Source of the DNA: Piromyces finnis finn | Taxonomy: Eukaryota; Fungi; Neocallimastigomycota | DNA length: 64,000 nucleotides | Assembly: GCA_002104945.1 (NCBI GenBank) | Contig: MCFH01000093.1 | Span: forward strand, 1 to 64,000 | Direction of reading: 5' to 3' | In this document: positions 14,093-31,256 of the stretch, piece by piece | How the letters are laid out: every line of letters begins with the position of its first letter | Position numbering within the stretch: the first letter of the stretch is position 1 | Position numbers and translations under genes: made by a program | The notes under the pieces: generated by a model | What the model was told of the DNA's origin: nothing | Seen by the model: only the letters and a program-made list of their open reading frames with translations | The model's database searches: none

Positions 14093-15402
14093 TTCAATTT
14101 TATTTTTTATTTTTTTATTTTTTGTTTTTTGTTTTTTGTTTTTTATTTTATTTTTATAATTTTTTTTCTAAAAAGATTTTTAAAGGTTTCTTTTTTTTTT
14201 TAATTTTTTTAATTTTTTTTAACCAGATATTTTGGTTTTAGTTTTCTTGTTTTTTTTTTCTTGTTTTCAAAATTAAATTTTATTTCAAAATCTTGAAATG
14301 AACAAAAAAAAAAAAAGTTTTTTTTATCAAGTTTTTTTTTTTATTTATTTAAATTATATTTAAATTAATCGTTCAAATTGGTATAAAATTAAATTCGAAA
14401 AAAATTTTTTTTTTTAATTAAAAAAGAAATTTTGAATAAAAATGGAAAATGTACATTTAATACAAAAATATATATTACATAATATATTAAAATATAATAG
14501 ATTGTATTTTAAAAAGTATTCTATCATATATTATTTTAAATTACACTGATCGAAAAAAAAGAAAAGTTGTGGTGATATGAAAACGGAAAAAAAGAAAATA
14601 AACCCACTAAAAAAGGAAGAGAAAAGATGTACGAAAGCGTAAAAGTGTTTAATTAAAACGGGAAAAATCTCAAAGGATTCATGAGTTTACAAAGTTATTA
14701 TTAAATATTATTTCAACTAGTATTATTAATTATACATGTTTAATAGTGATAAACCGCATAAACCGCATAATAAGGATCAAAGAAAAGCAATGGCGTTTTT
14801 ATTATGATTTTATTATTACACTATATAATAACTGAAAAAAAAAAAAATGAAAGTATTTTATGTATTTTCTATTCAAGATAATATAATAATGAATAATGAA
14901 TAAAAATATATAGAAATATACAAAGTATGAATTTTATTCATAATAAAAAAAAAACTATTTTCATTTTATTTTTCAAAAATAAATATTAAACTTTTTCCGT
15001 TTTGTTTGCTCATTTTTCTTTATGAAAAAAAGAGTTTCTATTATGCATTAAAAAATTTTTTATATAATAAAAATCAACTCTGAAAGTTATAATCAAAACT
15101 TTTTACTTTTTAAAAAGTTTATGAAAAAAAAAATTGGCGTTTATAAAGGTGCGTAGATGGTGTTTAAATTTAAAAAATAAAAATATTAAACTCTGAATAA
15201 CATTGATTAATGAATTTTTTTCTGAAAGAAATTATATATATAAGGAAAAAATTACACTATGCTACTTTATTATTTCTAAAAGTATATTTCTTTATAAAAC
15301 TTATAATATCATATACTATGTATAATTATCTTTTATATATAATTGGTATTAGATTATTATATATTATATTGATGCTTGATAACTCTTATATTAAATTTGA
15401 CT

Positions 15403-15437
<35 letters not shown>

Positions 15438-15785
15438 TTCATATATTTGTTTTATTAATTTTAAATTAATTTTTATTAAAACAAACATTCAAGAAATTCT
15501 TTAATTTATAATCTTAAATATATTAATGGATGATACCTAATAAAACGAAATGAACAAAACTATTAAATTTCCAAAATAATAAAAGAAATAGAAATAAAAA
15601 AGGAAACTAAAATATATATATACCATTATTCCTAATAAATAATTAAATAAAAAAAATTTTTTTTATAAATAATTTATAGGGCTACATCAAATACACTCCA
15701 AAAAACGTAAATTCATATGTAGCAATCCTACGGAAACTACCCTCAAAAAGAAAGAAAAAAAAAAAAAAAGTACAAGTAAAATTGT

Positions 15786-15997
15786 ACAAATCAAAAAACA
15801 ATAGGCTTAATCTCAGTAGATCGTAGCAACAAGGCTATTCTACTGCTTACAATACCTCGTTTTAAATTTAGATTGTCTGCAAAGAATTTATCCTCATTAA
15901 TATTTAAAGTTATCCTTCAAGGAATAAAATAGGACACACTTCCGCGTCTAACCAAGATCTAAAGGATCAATAGGCTACACTTTCATAGCTGAAAATA
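15786..15997 (-). pseudogene. Degenerate, internally deleted 28S (LSU) rRNA fragment, mostly the 3' terminus
   Basis: Minus strand reads ...GAGGATAAATTCTTTGCAGACAATCTAAATTTAAAACGAGGTATTGTAAGCAGTAGAATAGCCTTGTTGCTACGATCTACTGAGATTAAGCCTATTGTTTTTTGATTTGT, recognisable as the conserved 3' end of fungal LSU rRNA. Upstream ATGAAAGTGTAGCCTATTGATCCTTTAG matches a more internal LSU segment. Confidence 0.85.
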
Positions 15998-16774
15998 CTT
16001 ATATAACCTTTAATTTAAATATATATATAACCAATCTCTTTTTTTATTTTACTAATGGGAAAAAAAATTTTTTTTTTCTTATTGATAATTTAAAAGTATA
16101 AAAGGTTTCAAGCACATACACACACATATATATACCTACCCAATATATATTAAATTAATGGTATAGATAATAATAATAATAAAAAGCAATAATAAATATT
16201 ATATAAATTTATCTTATTAAAAAACAATTTATATAGATATATATAAAAATAGTATAACAATAATAATCGTAAACACTTTTTTAACATATTATTAAATGAT
16301 TTAAAAAAAAAAAAAAAAAAATAATAACCTTTATTTGAACTATAAAATATTAGGTTATCATTAATATTAATATAATAACAAATATATATATATTATATTT
16401 TAATAGATTTCTTTTATTATATCATTATTGTTGTAATTATTATCGATTATAAATTGTAATAAATAAATATAAAAATATATAAAAAAAATAAAATATATAT
16501 TAATGATTTATTAATGTATTTACTAATGTATATCGTTATTATAAACTTTTTAATATACTTAAATAAAAAAAGAATACTTAAATACTACAGATAATAATCA
16601 TTATAAAAAGATAATAATAATACTAAGGCATATATATAATAGATATAAAGAGGATACTAACTAAATATAATTTTTCTCTTTTTTTTAAATATATATATAT
16701 ATATATAGAAAAATAAATTATTTTGATAATTATAATACTTAAAAAATTAAACTAAAAAGGTAGGGGAAATGGAA

Positions 16775-18371
16775 TTAAAAAAAATGAATTAAAATAATAA
16801 AAAATAAAGGAAAAATAAATTGAAGAATAGGTTTAAAAGATAACATTGAAAAAGCACTATCTGGAATATCTATAGGATTAAAAATTGGGAGTTCAGTATT
16901 ATCAACGATATAAAATGGACGTGTGGAACCTGGAGTAATATCACCATCTTGATAACATTTAAGTTCTGGATTTCTTTGAATATCCTTTCCATCACCACTA
17001 ATTCTTAATTTGTATTTTTCATTGGTTCTTAAGGATTGTTTAAAATTTTTGGTATCTAAACCATTTTCATCATACATTACTCTCCAATTCCATTGAAAAG
17101 ATTTGACATTGCCTGTAAGAATAGGTCCTGTTTCAACTTCACTCATAGGTATTGTTTGTTCCCATACTGGATTTTTCCATGCACTTTTATTATTTTAATG
17201 AAAAAAAAAATTAATAATTAAAAGAGAGAAAAAGAAAAAATTAGTATATGTTTAGAGATTTTTTTTATAGCCTTATTATTATTTAATCATGAAATAAAAT
17301 TAATAAATATGTAATAATTATCATAATATATAAATGGGTAGAAATTGAAATTATAAAAAAGAAAAATATTTATATTTAAAAAATTAAATTATTTTTTAAT
17401 TTAAAATAATAAAATATTGAAAAAAAAAAAATCAGCTTTTCAATTTATATTCATATTTGAAATAGTATTTTAAAAAAAAATTATATTTCAAACTATTATT
17501 TCTTTTTTTGATATTATTATTATTCAAAAAAAAATAAAAAAAAATAAAAAAGATAATAATAATAATAAAATAAAAACTTACTTTGACCAATCATTAGAAT
17601 TTGCATCTTGTTCAAAGTATAAACTAAAAGTAACATTATTAGTTGGGTAGAAATAGGTAGCATCAAGAATATTATTATAATACCAAACAATAGTAAAGTT
17701 TGATAATATTGGTATAACACTGTATGCATAGCAAAAAAATTTTAATAACATAAACGAATTATGAATTATATTAATTATATTATAATATAGGGTTATGGAT
17801 TATTGAACATAATTTAAATTGAAAAATTAAATAATATATAAAAATAATTTTTGTTAATTTGGTTAACTTTTTTTTTTTAATTACATAGATATATGTAAAA
17901 ATAATTATTTTTATTATATATTAATTCTATTAGGTAATATTACCTTTTAGAAATTGGTTTTGAAAATGAAAAAAGTCCAAATTGTCTACTGGTATGACCA
18001 CAAGCATCAAGAGTTGCATTTGCAACATTTTCAATTGTTGAATCTAAAGTTATTTTATTTTCTTTGGTATCCTCATTGTCTTTTGGAGTATCAGTAGTTT
18101 TAGCATCGTCGGGTTTTATGGTATCCTTTGAATCAGTATCTTTAGTAGTTTTTTCTTTTTCAGTATCTGTATTATCCTTATCTGTGGTATCTTCTTTTTT
18201 TGTTTCTTTTGTTTCTACTTCTTCTGTTTTAGAAGCAACTTCTTCTTTTTTTTCTGGTTCTTCCTTTTTTGTAGCTGCTTCTTTAGTTTCTGGTTCTTCT
18301 TTTGTTTCAGCAGCCCTTGTCATTAGTATTAGGCATACAAAAAAAACTATTAAAAAATATTTCAATTTCAT
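16775..18371 (-). CDS. Secreted, probably GPI-anchored surface protein (tandem paralog 2), about 324 aa, 3 exons
   Basis: Exons 18371-17944, 17719-17582, 17183-16775 splice in frame (975 nt). Signal peptide MKLKYFLIVFFVCLILMTRA, Glu/Lys/Thr-rich linker, conserved domain closely similar to paralog 1, hydrophobic C-terminal tail. Confidence 0.8.
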
Positions 18372-19889
18372 TTTTCCTTTTTTTTTTTTTTTTAATTAGA
18401 ATAATAAATTTTTGTGGTGTAAAACGTTCTTTTATAAAATTAATTTTGATAAAATAAAAAAAACCCTTTCACTTTAAATATGATATAAGCTTTTTATAAT
18501 TAAATAATTATATTTTTGTTTTTATTTGTTGTAAAATACACTTGTAGTTATAACTTTTATTTTTCTAAAATGAATAATTACATAACTATTAATAAAATAT
18601 AAAGAGAAAAAAAATTTTAATTAAACATTTTTAATTATTTTTTATTTTAATATAGCCACAAATTTTGATGATCCACTCTTTACATTAATTAAAAAAATAA
18701 AAATTAAAAAATAAAAATGTTTAAGCTTTTTTCTTAAAGGTTTTTAATTTCTTATTTTCATTTTATTCTTCAACTAAACAATAAGAATTATACCAATAAT
18801 AAATAAATAAAAGAAAAAAAAAAAGAGTTTTTATCTAATTTTTTTTTTTTTTTTTTTATTAGTATCTTGGCTCTGAAACTTTTTTGTAATACATAAAAAA
18901 AAAAATTTTTTTATTATCTATTTTTTATTTCTTTTACATGATTATGAAAATAAAAAATGTATCAAAAAAAAAAAAAGAATATATATATAAATGTAATAAT
19001 GGAAGGGAAAAGTTGAATTATTTCTCTTTTATTTATTTAATGATAAATTTATTATAATAAATATAACTAATTAATAAAATGTATCTATTCTATATATATA
19101 GATTTTCTTTAGAATCTATTTTCATTCTTTTTGTATTTGAAACTTTTAAAAATAATTTTTTTTTTTAATACATTGATATAAATACATATACATTAATAAA
19201 CAAAAAAAAAAAAACAAAAAAAAAAAAAAAGGAAGAATCCTCAACAGCAGGTAGTGTTATCGTTACTACTACAATACCATTACATATTATTAATCTTGAC
19301 ACATCTTTGGCTTAGTGGATTTACTTTTTTTTTTTTTTTAAATTTAATTTTTTTACTACTTAAATACCAAAAATGGATGAAAAATACACCACTTTTTTAA
19401 CCATACCAACCAAAATATCAATTTTTGTTTCTTTCTATCACTCATTCCTATTCTTTGCTATTACATTAATAAATTAATTTTGCAATAATAAAAAAAAAAA
19501 AGTAAACACTGACATTTTAACAATTTTTTTTGTATGTTTTTTTAATTTTTATTACTTTATTTTATATTACTTAAAAATGTTTCTTTTTTTTTTTTTTTAC
19601 AAAAATACTTAATATCACAATAAGTTTAAAATAAAAAAAAAAGTTTTTTTTTATTTAGATTCTTATCAAATTATTATTGTTGTTGTTGTTGTTTTCTTTT
19701 TAATTTTGAAATTTCAAAATTTTTATAAAATTTTACCTTAAAATATCATTAATTTATATATTAAGATAGAAAAAAAATTGAAAAAGAGTATATGTATATC
19801 ATATATAGTTTCGGTTCATCAAATTATTTTGTTGAATAAAATTAATTTCTTTTTCAATAGATTCTGATAGCATAAAGGTTTGAAGGAAT

Positions 19890-21725
19890 TTACCATTCTA
19901 ATTCAAAACCATCCTATTATAAAATAATTTATAAAAAAGTTTGATATTAATATCGATTAAATACAATAATAGATTATATATAGTTTAAATAACGGTTCCT
20001 TCTTAAACACAATTAAAATAACTATATATATAATAAATTAGTAAGTTCTAAAAAAAAAAAAAGGAAACTTACTCTGTGGATGAACTTTCCGTTTAAGGAT
20101 TGTGGATCTTGTTCGTATTTATCTAAAACCTTAATCATACAGGCAACAGCTTCATCTGGTGTCTTGTCACCTTCGAAGTTAGTCATCTTAGATTGAACGG
20201 TACCTGGGTGTCTAAATGTATTAAATGTATTCGAGAAAAAAAAAATTATTTATTTATTTATTAATTATCTATCATCTTAATATTTTTAATAGTCTATATA
20301 ATAAATAATACGAACAATTGTAAAACTGGGTGTGGAATATCGTGCTTTAAGGAAATAGCAATAGCATTTAAGGCAGCCTTGGAAGCTCTGTAGGCGTAGT
20401 AACCACCACTACCGTTGTCACCAATGGAACCCATTCTAGAGGTGATGTTAACAACACGGGAGTTCTTACCAAGACTTTAATAAAGAAAATTTAAATGTAT
20501 ATACATATATATTATTAGTAATTATTCATAATTAATATTATTCATGTCATTACATCTATATGGATATGTACATATATATAATTATATACATATTTGTAAA
20601 AACAAATGATTTACAAATAATAATTAATATAATATCATATTTAGAAAAAAAAAAAAAAACTTACGCTAAGTTTGGTAATAAAGTCTTGGTAACGAAAAGT
20701 GGACCAACACAGTTAACAGTGAATTGTCTAATCATTTCTTCTGGAGTGATTTGTTCTAAGTTACCGTCATTGTAAACTAAATATTTATTAAAAGTATTTT
20801 AAATGAAGTTTTCATTGATTAATTTTTTACATACAAACATTAAAGAAATAAATATTGTGAATATTTATTATACTATTATAAATAAATGATTACAATTTAA
20901 TTTATTTATTTATTTATTGACATATAAAAAAATAAATAAATTGAGCAGTAATCTATTTATAAAAAAAAGAGAAAAAAAAAAAAGCTCACCACCAGCGTTG
21001 TTGATTAATAAATCAATCTTTTGATCCTTTAACTTATCGGCTAAAGAGTAAATGGATTCCTTATTAGCAACATCTAATTCAATAACCTTGGCACCAACCT
21101 TGGTTAACTATTAAATAGTTTTATTGTTGTTGTTGTTGTTGTTTAAAAAAAAGGGGGGGTTATTATTTAATTCATCTTAAAAAACAATTAAAAATTAAAT
21201 ATTTAAATTTTTAACTTACTTCGGCAGCATTGGCAATATCACGAGTGGTACCAATAACTTCATAACCTAGAGTTTAAATTTATTTTTTATTTTAAAATAT
21301 ATATATATTTAATAATTCTTTCTTTTTTATTAACAATAAATTTTAAAAAAGATTAAAAAAAAAAAATACCTCTCTTGGCGAAAAGAGTAGCCCAAGCTAA
21401 ACCAATACCTGTTATAAATTTGTAAGGTTTATAAAAAAATAAAATATTATTTCCAAAAAATCGTTAGTATTACTATATTTTTTTTCTTTCCTTTTCCTTT
21501 TTTTTTCTTCAATGAATATTAAATTGAAATTTATCATCCATCAATTTTATATTTTATTTGATGATAATATTTTTTTTTTTTAAGGTAAAATGGTTTATTT
21601 ATTTTTATCCATTCTTTTATTTATTACATAAATAGCTTATAATAATTAAAAAATAAGGTATAACATTATTAGGGATAATAACCTCTGTTGGCAGCAGTAA
21701 TTAAAACAGTTTGAACGTAAGACAT
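19890..21725 (-). CDS. Classical short-chain dehydrogenase/reductase, CsgA/C-factor-like, 8 exons
   Basis: Spliced translation MSYVQTVLITAANRGIGLAWATLFAKRGYEVIGTTRD...DLLINNAGVY...VNCVGP...VVNITSRMGSIGDNGSGGYYAYRASKAALN...LHPGTVQSKM...GKFIHRDGFELEW*. Contains the Rossmann motif (TAxxRGIG), NNAG, catalytic Ser and YxxSK; SRMGSIGDN..GGxYAYRxSKAALN is the CsgA-like signature. Confidence 0.88.
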
Positions 21726-22406
21726 TTTTAAATTATTTAATTTCTTTGTAGAAAAAAAAGTAAATTTAAGAAAAAGAAAAAAAAAAAAAAAAAAATTTTT
21801 TATCTATTGATTTATACACTAATCAAAAATTTTAGGAATTTTATTTTATTTAAAAAAAAATTTTTAATTAAATCCTACAAAAAAAAAAAAAACCTTCCTA
21901 AAAAAAACAATACAAAAACAAAAAATAAGCAAAAAATAAGCAAAAAATTTCTTTTGTTCATGGCAAGAAAGATTTTAAAGTTGAGAATTATAAAAGTTTA
22001 ATCTAGAGTTATTAAAGTTTCTTATATTTTAGGAATCATTATAGTGGAAAAAAAAGAAAAAAGAATTACTTTAAAATGATTTTTCTTATTTTTTTCTTTT
22101 TTTAGGATAGAATGAAATGGAAATGAATATACATTTTATTATTATTCTTTTTTATTCAAATGACTTTTTCTTTTCTTTTATTTATTATCACTTTTCTTCC
22201 TACCCGAAAACTCTCAACTATTTTTTTATATATATAAAGATAGAAAATAGAAAATAATATATTAGAATATAAAGTAATATATAGAAAATAAAGTTTAATT
22301 CAAATGTTAAAATGAAAATGAAAAAAAGGAAAATTTAATAATGAAATGAAAAGGTTTTAAAAAACTTAGTTTTAAGGATACTTTTAAAAATAAAACTTGG
22401 ACTAGA

Positions 22407-23147
22407 AATAGTAATAGTAATAGTAATAGTAATAGTAATAGTAATAGTAATAGTAATAGTAATAGTAATAGTAATAGTAATAGTAATAGTAATAGTAATA
22501 GTAATAGTAATAGTAATAGTAATAGTAATAGTAATAGTAATAGTAATAGTAATAGTAATAGTAATAGTAATAGTAATAGTAATAGTAATAGTAATAGTAA
22601 TAGTAATAGTAATAGTAATAGTAATAGTAATAGTAATAGTAATAGTAATAGTAATAGTAATAGTAATAGTAATAGTAATAGTAATAGTAATAGTAATAGT
22701 AATAGTAATAGTAATAGTAATAGTAATAGTAATAGTAATAGTAATAGTAATAGTAATAGTAATAGTAATAGTAATAGTAATAGTAATAGTAATAGTAATA
22801 GTAATAGTAATAGTAATAGTAATAGTAATAGTAATAGTAATAGTAATAGTAATAGTAATAGTAATAGTAATAGTAATAGTAATAGTAATAGTAATAGTAA
22901 TAGTAATAGTAATAGTAATAGTAATAGTAATAGTAATAGTAATAGTAATAGTAATAGTAATAGTAATAGTAATAGTAATAGTAATAGTAATAGTAATAGT
23001 AATAGTAATAGTAATAGTAATAGTAATAGTAATAGTAATAGTAATAGTAATAGTAATAGTAATAGTAATAGTAATAGTCAAAGTAATAGTAATAGTAATA
23101 GTAATAGTAATAGTAATAGTAATAGTAATAGTAATAGTAATAGTAAT
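22407..23147. repeat. (AGTAAT)n hexamer array, about 740 bp (about 123 units), one interruption near 23079
   Basis: Directly visible; produces the spurious ITITIT ORF. Confidence 0.97.
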
Positions 23148-24202
23148 AAATTTAAAAAGGTATAATACTAAATAAAATTATAAAAAAAAAAAAAAAAAGT
23201 ATATTACATTGAAAATATATTAATATTTAAATATTTAAATTTTATTTTTAAATATTAAAAGATTGATAAAAAGTTTTTATTTTTTTAACTAAAATATGCC
23301 TGTCTATTCCTTTATTTCTTTCTTTTTTTTTTTTTTTTTTACTTTTTCTTTTATCTATTATATCTTTCCTTTATTAAAAAGGATTGTAAATTTTGTTCTT
23401 TTTTAATAAAAATGATATATTATTTTTAATAGTTACATAATTTTATAAAGATAAAAAATACTGATTTAAAAAGTAGGTAATGATGATCTATTTTTATTAT
23501 TCACTCTTTCTATTATTATAACGTTTTTATTTCTTTTTTTCTCTTTATTACTTTCTTCTATATTAACAAGGTTATAGTTTTCAATTTTTACATATAAATG
23601 ATATATATAATAGATTTTTTTTATATCAATTTTTTTTTTTTTTTTCATTAGTTTTAATACAATTTTAAATATATAGATTATTCTGTGATACTTTTCTTTA
23701 CAATTATAAAATAGTATAATAAATGTTTTAAAAAAATAATTATATATATATATATATATTTATTTATATAATAAAAAATAAATAAATATTATTGTGATTG
23801 TGGTTGTTGTTTATAAACCTTTACAAATATTTGTATATATTTACAGTATTACCTTATGATGGATTAAAAAAAAAAGGTATGTAAAAAAATTCTATATTGA
23901 AAAATAAAAAATATATTGAAAAAAAAAAAAATCTAGAATAATAAAAGAAATATTAAAAGGATAATGATTTTTTTTTTTTTTTTTTTTTTTCATTTTTCAT
24001 TTTTGTCTGTAAAAATTTTGATTTCTATGCTAATAGAAACCATATACAACTTTTCCCCTTTTTACCAATATTATATATAAACACAACCATATCTTTGTTG
24101 TATAACTTTTCACATAATATAATAGCTTTTTTTTCTTTCGTTTTTGGTACTACTTTTTTTCTTTTTTTTTTTTTTTTTTTTTTGGAAATTTATTGGAATA
24201 GA

Positions 24203-26803
<2,601 letters not shown>

Positions 26804-28644
26804 TATTTTTATTGTATTTTAAATTTTTAAATTTAATTTTTATTAATATATTATTATTTATCTATTGTTTGATTGACTGCAATGATAAAGGTTCAAGACA
26901 GATTAAACTTTATTGTTATGATATATGGGTATTTTAACTTTCTTTATTACTATAATCATTTATAAATTTTAATCCATTTTCTATGATGGGATTTAATATT
27001 ATTACTTCAAAACAGTAATGATACTAAAAAAAATTCTAACAATTTGTAAAATTGATACTTGAATTAATATTCATTGAAAGTAATTAAATGACAAAAAACT
27101 ATAAAAAAAAAGTAACAGTTTTATATAATAAATTTCTATAATCCCTGATTTTTGCAATAGATGATATACTTTTTCTAATAATGTATTCTTTTTAACACAT
27201 TTATTTATCTTTTAAACCGATAAATATTAATTTTCTTTTAAAAGAAATTAAAAATTAAAAATTTTATTAGAAATATATATGATATTTAAATGGTTTTGAA
27301 AAATAGTTAATTTATATGCATATATTTAATATAATTAACTAATAAATAAATCTATATACGTACCAATTTCTATAGGGAATCACTTTAATTGGTTAATACA
27401 ATATTAAAAGATTATCTTTGATTCCAAAAAATATAATTTTTATAAAAATATATTTAAATAATGTAAAAGAAACAAAGTTTTACAAAGTTTTGGTTTTTAG
27501 TTCTATATTTATATAAAAGTCTAATACATTTTAAGCAAATGTTTGAACAGTTTCCTTTTTCTATTATAAAAATTTTTTTGGTGTTTTAGCTTGTTGTCGA
27601 AAGGTAAAGTTGATGTTTTTCAAACTTTCAAATTTATATTTAAATTTATTTTAAATTTAAAAGTAAACTTTATATAAATGGTAATTTTTTTAAAAAAAAA
27701 ATGGTTTTTATTATTAATAATATTATTGTTTAATTGTTCAAAGTAAAGATATTTCATTAAAAAGTTAAAATATATTTATATTGTCTTTTATAAATATATT
27801 TATCTAGGTAACAGTAAGTAAAAATGTTCAAAAAAATAGGTTTGTATCAATATAATATTAAATATAATATTTTTATTAATAAGAATGAAATTTGTTAAAT
27901 TTTATTTTATTATTATAGCAACTAAATATATATATTAACTAATAATTTAACAAAGGAACATCAATTTTATCAAAAAAAAAAATTAATTTGTTTCGAATTT
28001 TTACATTTCTTTCATTTCTGTTGAACACTATTTTTGTATATATATATATTTATCCTCGATTTTTTTTTTTTTTTAATAGTTAGTAATAGTGTGAAATCAT
28101 AAGGTATTCCTTACAAAATAAAAAAAGTTTTTTTTTATCATTAATTGATTTTATTAATAGTAGATTTAATTATTTTTTTCTATTAATTATTGGTGGTGGT
28201 GGTGGTGAATAATTAAAAAAATTTTAATACCTCACTCATACCAGTGTGTAAGCCATAAATATAAAATACCACAATAATTATTAAAAAAAAAGTATAATTA
28301 TAGTATATTGTCAATACTATTAATATGAATATGTATTATATATTGAAATGATTTGATATATTTTTAATTATATATTAAATTAGGGTTATTTTATATATAT
28401 ATTATATATTTTAATTTTGAGTTTATATACATAATTATATAATTATATATAGTTGATATACTTAATATATATCTCCGTATAATATATCTATTTATATTAT
28501 ATAAATAAGGTTTTTAAATTGATATACTTTATATAATTCATATATTATTTTTACATTGTAATATATTATAGTATTTATTGACATATCTAATAATAATACT
28601 AATTATATAAATTGATCATAAATTATTATTAAGTTATATTCTAT

Positions 28645-28999
<355 letters not shown>

Positions 29000-31039
29000 A
29001 GGTAGTAAAACAGTTATTGTTGTTATTATTATTACTGAAGTATCGGAAGTTTTAATATACTACAATTAATATTATTTCTATTTGTTCAACTATATTTTTT
29101 CACTTTATATAAAATTTATTTACATTTTTTTCAATTACTTATTTATGATAAATAAATATAACAATTATTCATTATTGTCATTATTATAACTGATATTTTA
29201 TATTAGTATATTATTTTGACCACCACCCTTTATAATTATTTTTATTTCATTTATTTTATTTTTCTTTTATTATTTGTCATTATTATTATTATTAGTTTTT
29301 TTTCTTTTTTAAATCTTTAAAGACTATATGCTATTTCAGGTCCAACTATATTTTAAATTAAAGTTTATAATATTGTTTGATAACTATAAATAGTTCAATT
29401 TCACTCTTTAATAAATATTGTTTTGGCTAATAACATTTAGTGATTTTAAATAAATATTACTTGGTTTAACTATTTTATACTACATATACAACTATGAAAA
29501 TTTAAATTTTATTTTATATATTGAAATGGGTATAATTTCATATTTGAAGTGCATTCTTTTATTTCAATATTAAAAAAACTAAGTTCTATTATTTTATAAA
29601 TATACAGTTATAATAATTATGGCATATTTATATAAAAATAAAAGTATTGTAATTGTCACATTCATTATTACCTATTTCATACTATTACTATCATTTTAAA
29701 TAATGGCTTTTACTATTAAAAATGAAGGTATCTTTTATTATTATATTATCAAGCAGGAATTGTATTTTGTTATGTTTTTTATTAATATAATATCGTAATA
29801 TTAATGATATTTTTTATTCTATTTTAAAATCTTTTAAATTAACTAAAATATTACATACAACCATTTTATTCTACAAAATAAATATATACTTCAATAATTA
29901 TTTTGTGTTATATATATATGACAGTATTATAGTATTTTTCCTTCATTCCTTTGTTATTATCATTATTTATTTCTTTTATTAAACAAATAAAGTAATGGTC
30001 AAATCTTAGATAATTACCTCTTTTCTTTTAATAGAATGTCATCAAAAAGAAAAAAATAAAAAATAAAAACTTCTTTAATATTTATATAGATATTATTTAT
30101 ATAATACAACAATACAATAAAAAAAACGAAATCTTTTTTAATTATAATTTTTAATGTGAAATATATTAATTAATATATTGATCATTCATATTCTAATTTA
30201 TTATACATATATATATTAATATTTATTATAATGATATAGAATACAATAAGAATCAGTTATGAACTGATTTTATATATATAATTGAAAAGATTACTTTCTA
30301 TATATTTATGATATATTATTATATATTAAATAAATTAAAATATTGACAACTTTTTTAAAAAATAAAAAAATGATAAAAAAAACATATGATAATTTTTTTA
30401 TTTATATATAATATATTGGAATATAATTATGATATATTAATTTAGTATAATTATTTTTTAAATAAATATTAAATTTATATTAAAAAAAAACCATATGGAT
30501 GTTTTTTGAAAATAATGGATATAAAAAGTTTAAAAAAAAAAAAAGTAAACTATAGAAAGTGGTGGTGTTAAAGTAACGCTATAAATGGAAATATTAATAA
30601 GAGAAAAAGGAAAGGTATGCTGAAAAGAATTAGCATTAAAATGAAAATACAAAGAAAAAAATAGAATAAAATTTAATATATTAAAAAGTGTAATTTATAG
30701 TTATATTATTTAATTTAATATAAAAATGTAAAATATTTTTTTTACTATTATGCTTATTATGCAAAAAAAAAAGATGATTCTATAAATTTTACTATAATAT
30801 TATAAAAAAAAAAAGATGCACTTTTATATATCTCTACAATAGTTAGACCAATTCTCTTTAGATTTTTCTTATCTTATTATTTATATTAAATTATTACCTT
30901 ACTCCCATAAAAATATTAAATTATAAATTAATTACTCTTAAATAAAATTAATAAATGTATTAGAAAAAAATTATAGTTTTTTTTTGTTCTTATTATTTCT
31001 ATTGCAAACTTTTAAGATCCTTTTTTTCCAAAATTCTTA

Positions 31040-31256
31040 AATAGTAATAGTAATAGTAATAGTAATAGTAATAGTAATAGTAATAGTAATAGTAATAGTA
31101 ATAGTAATAGTAATAGTAATAGTAATAGTAATAGTAATAGTAATAGTAATAGTAATAGTAATAGTAATAGTAATAGTAATAGTAATAGTAATAGTAATAG
31201 TAATAGTAATAGTAATAGTAATAGTAATAGTAATAGTAATAGTAATAGTAATAGTA
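31040..31256. repeat. Second (AGTAAT)n array, about 216 bp (about 36 units)
   Basis: Directly visible; same unit and orientation as the 22.4 kb array. Confidence 0.95.

Noticed and set aside
22335-23081. 248-aa ITITIT ORF
   Set aside because: Translation of the (AGTAAT)n array; no coding evidence.
22407-23147. (AGTAAT)n as a canonical telomere repeat
   Set aside because: Lacks the G-rich strand of telomerase repeats and is internal, flanked by genes on both sides.
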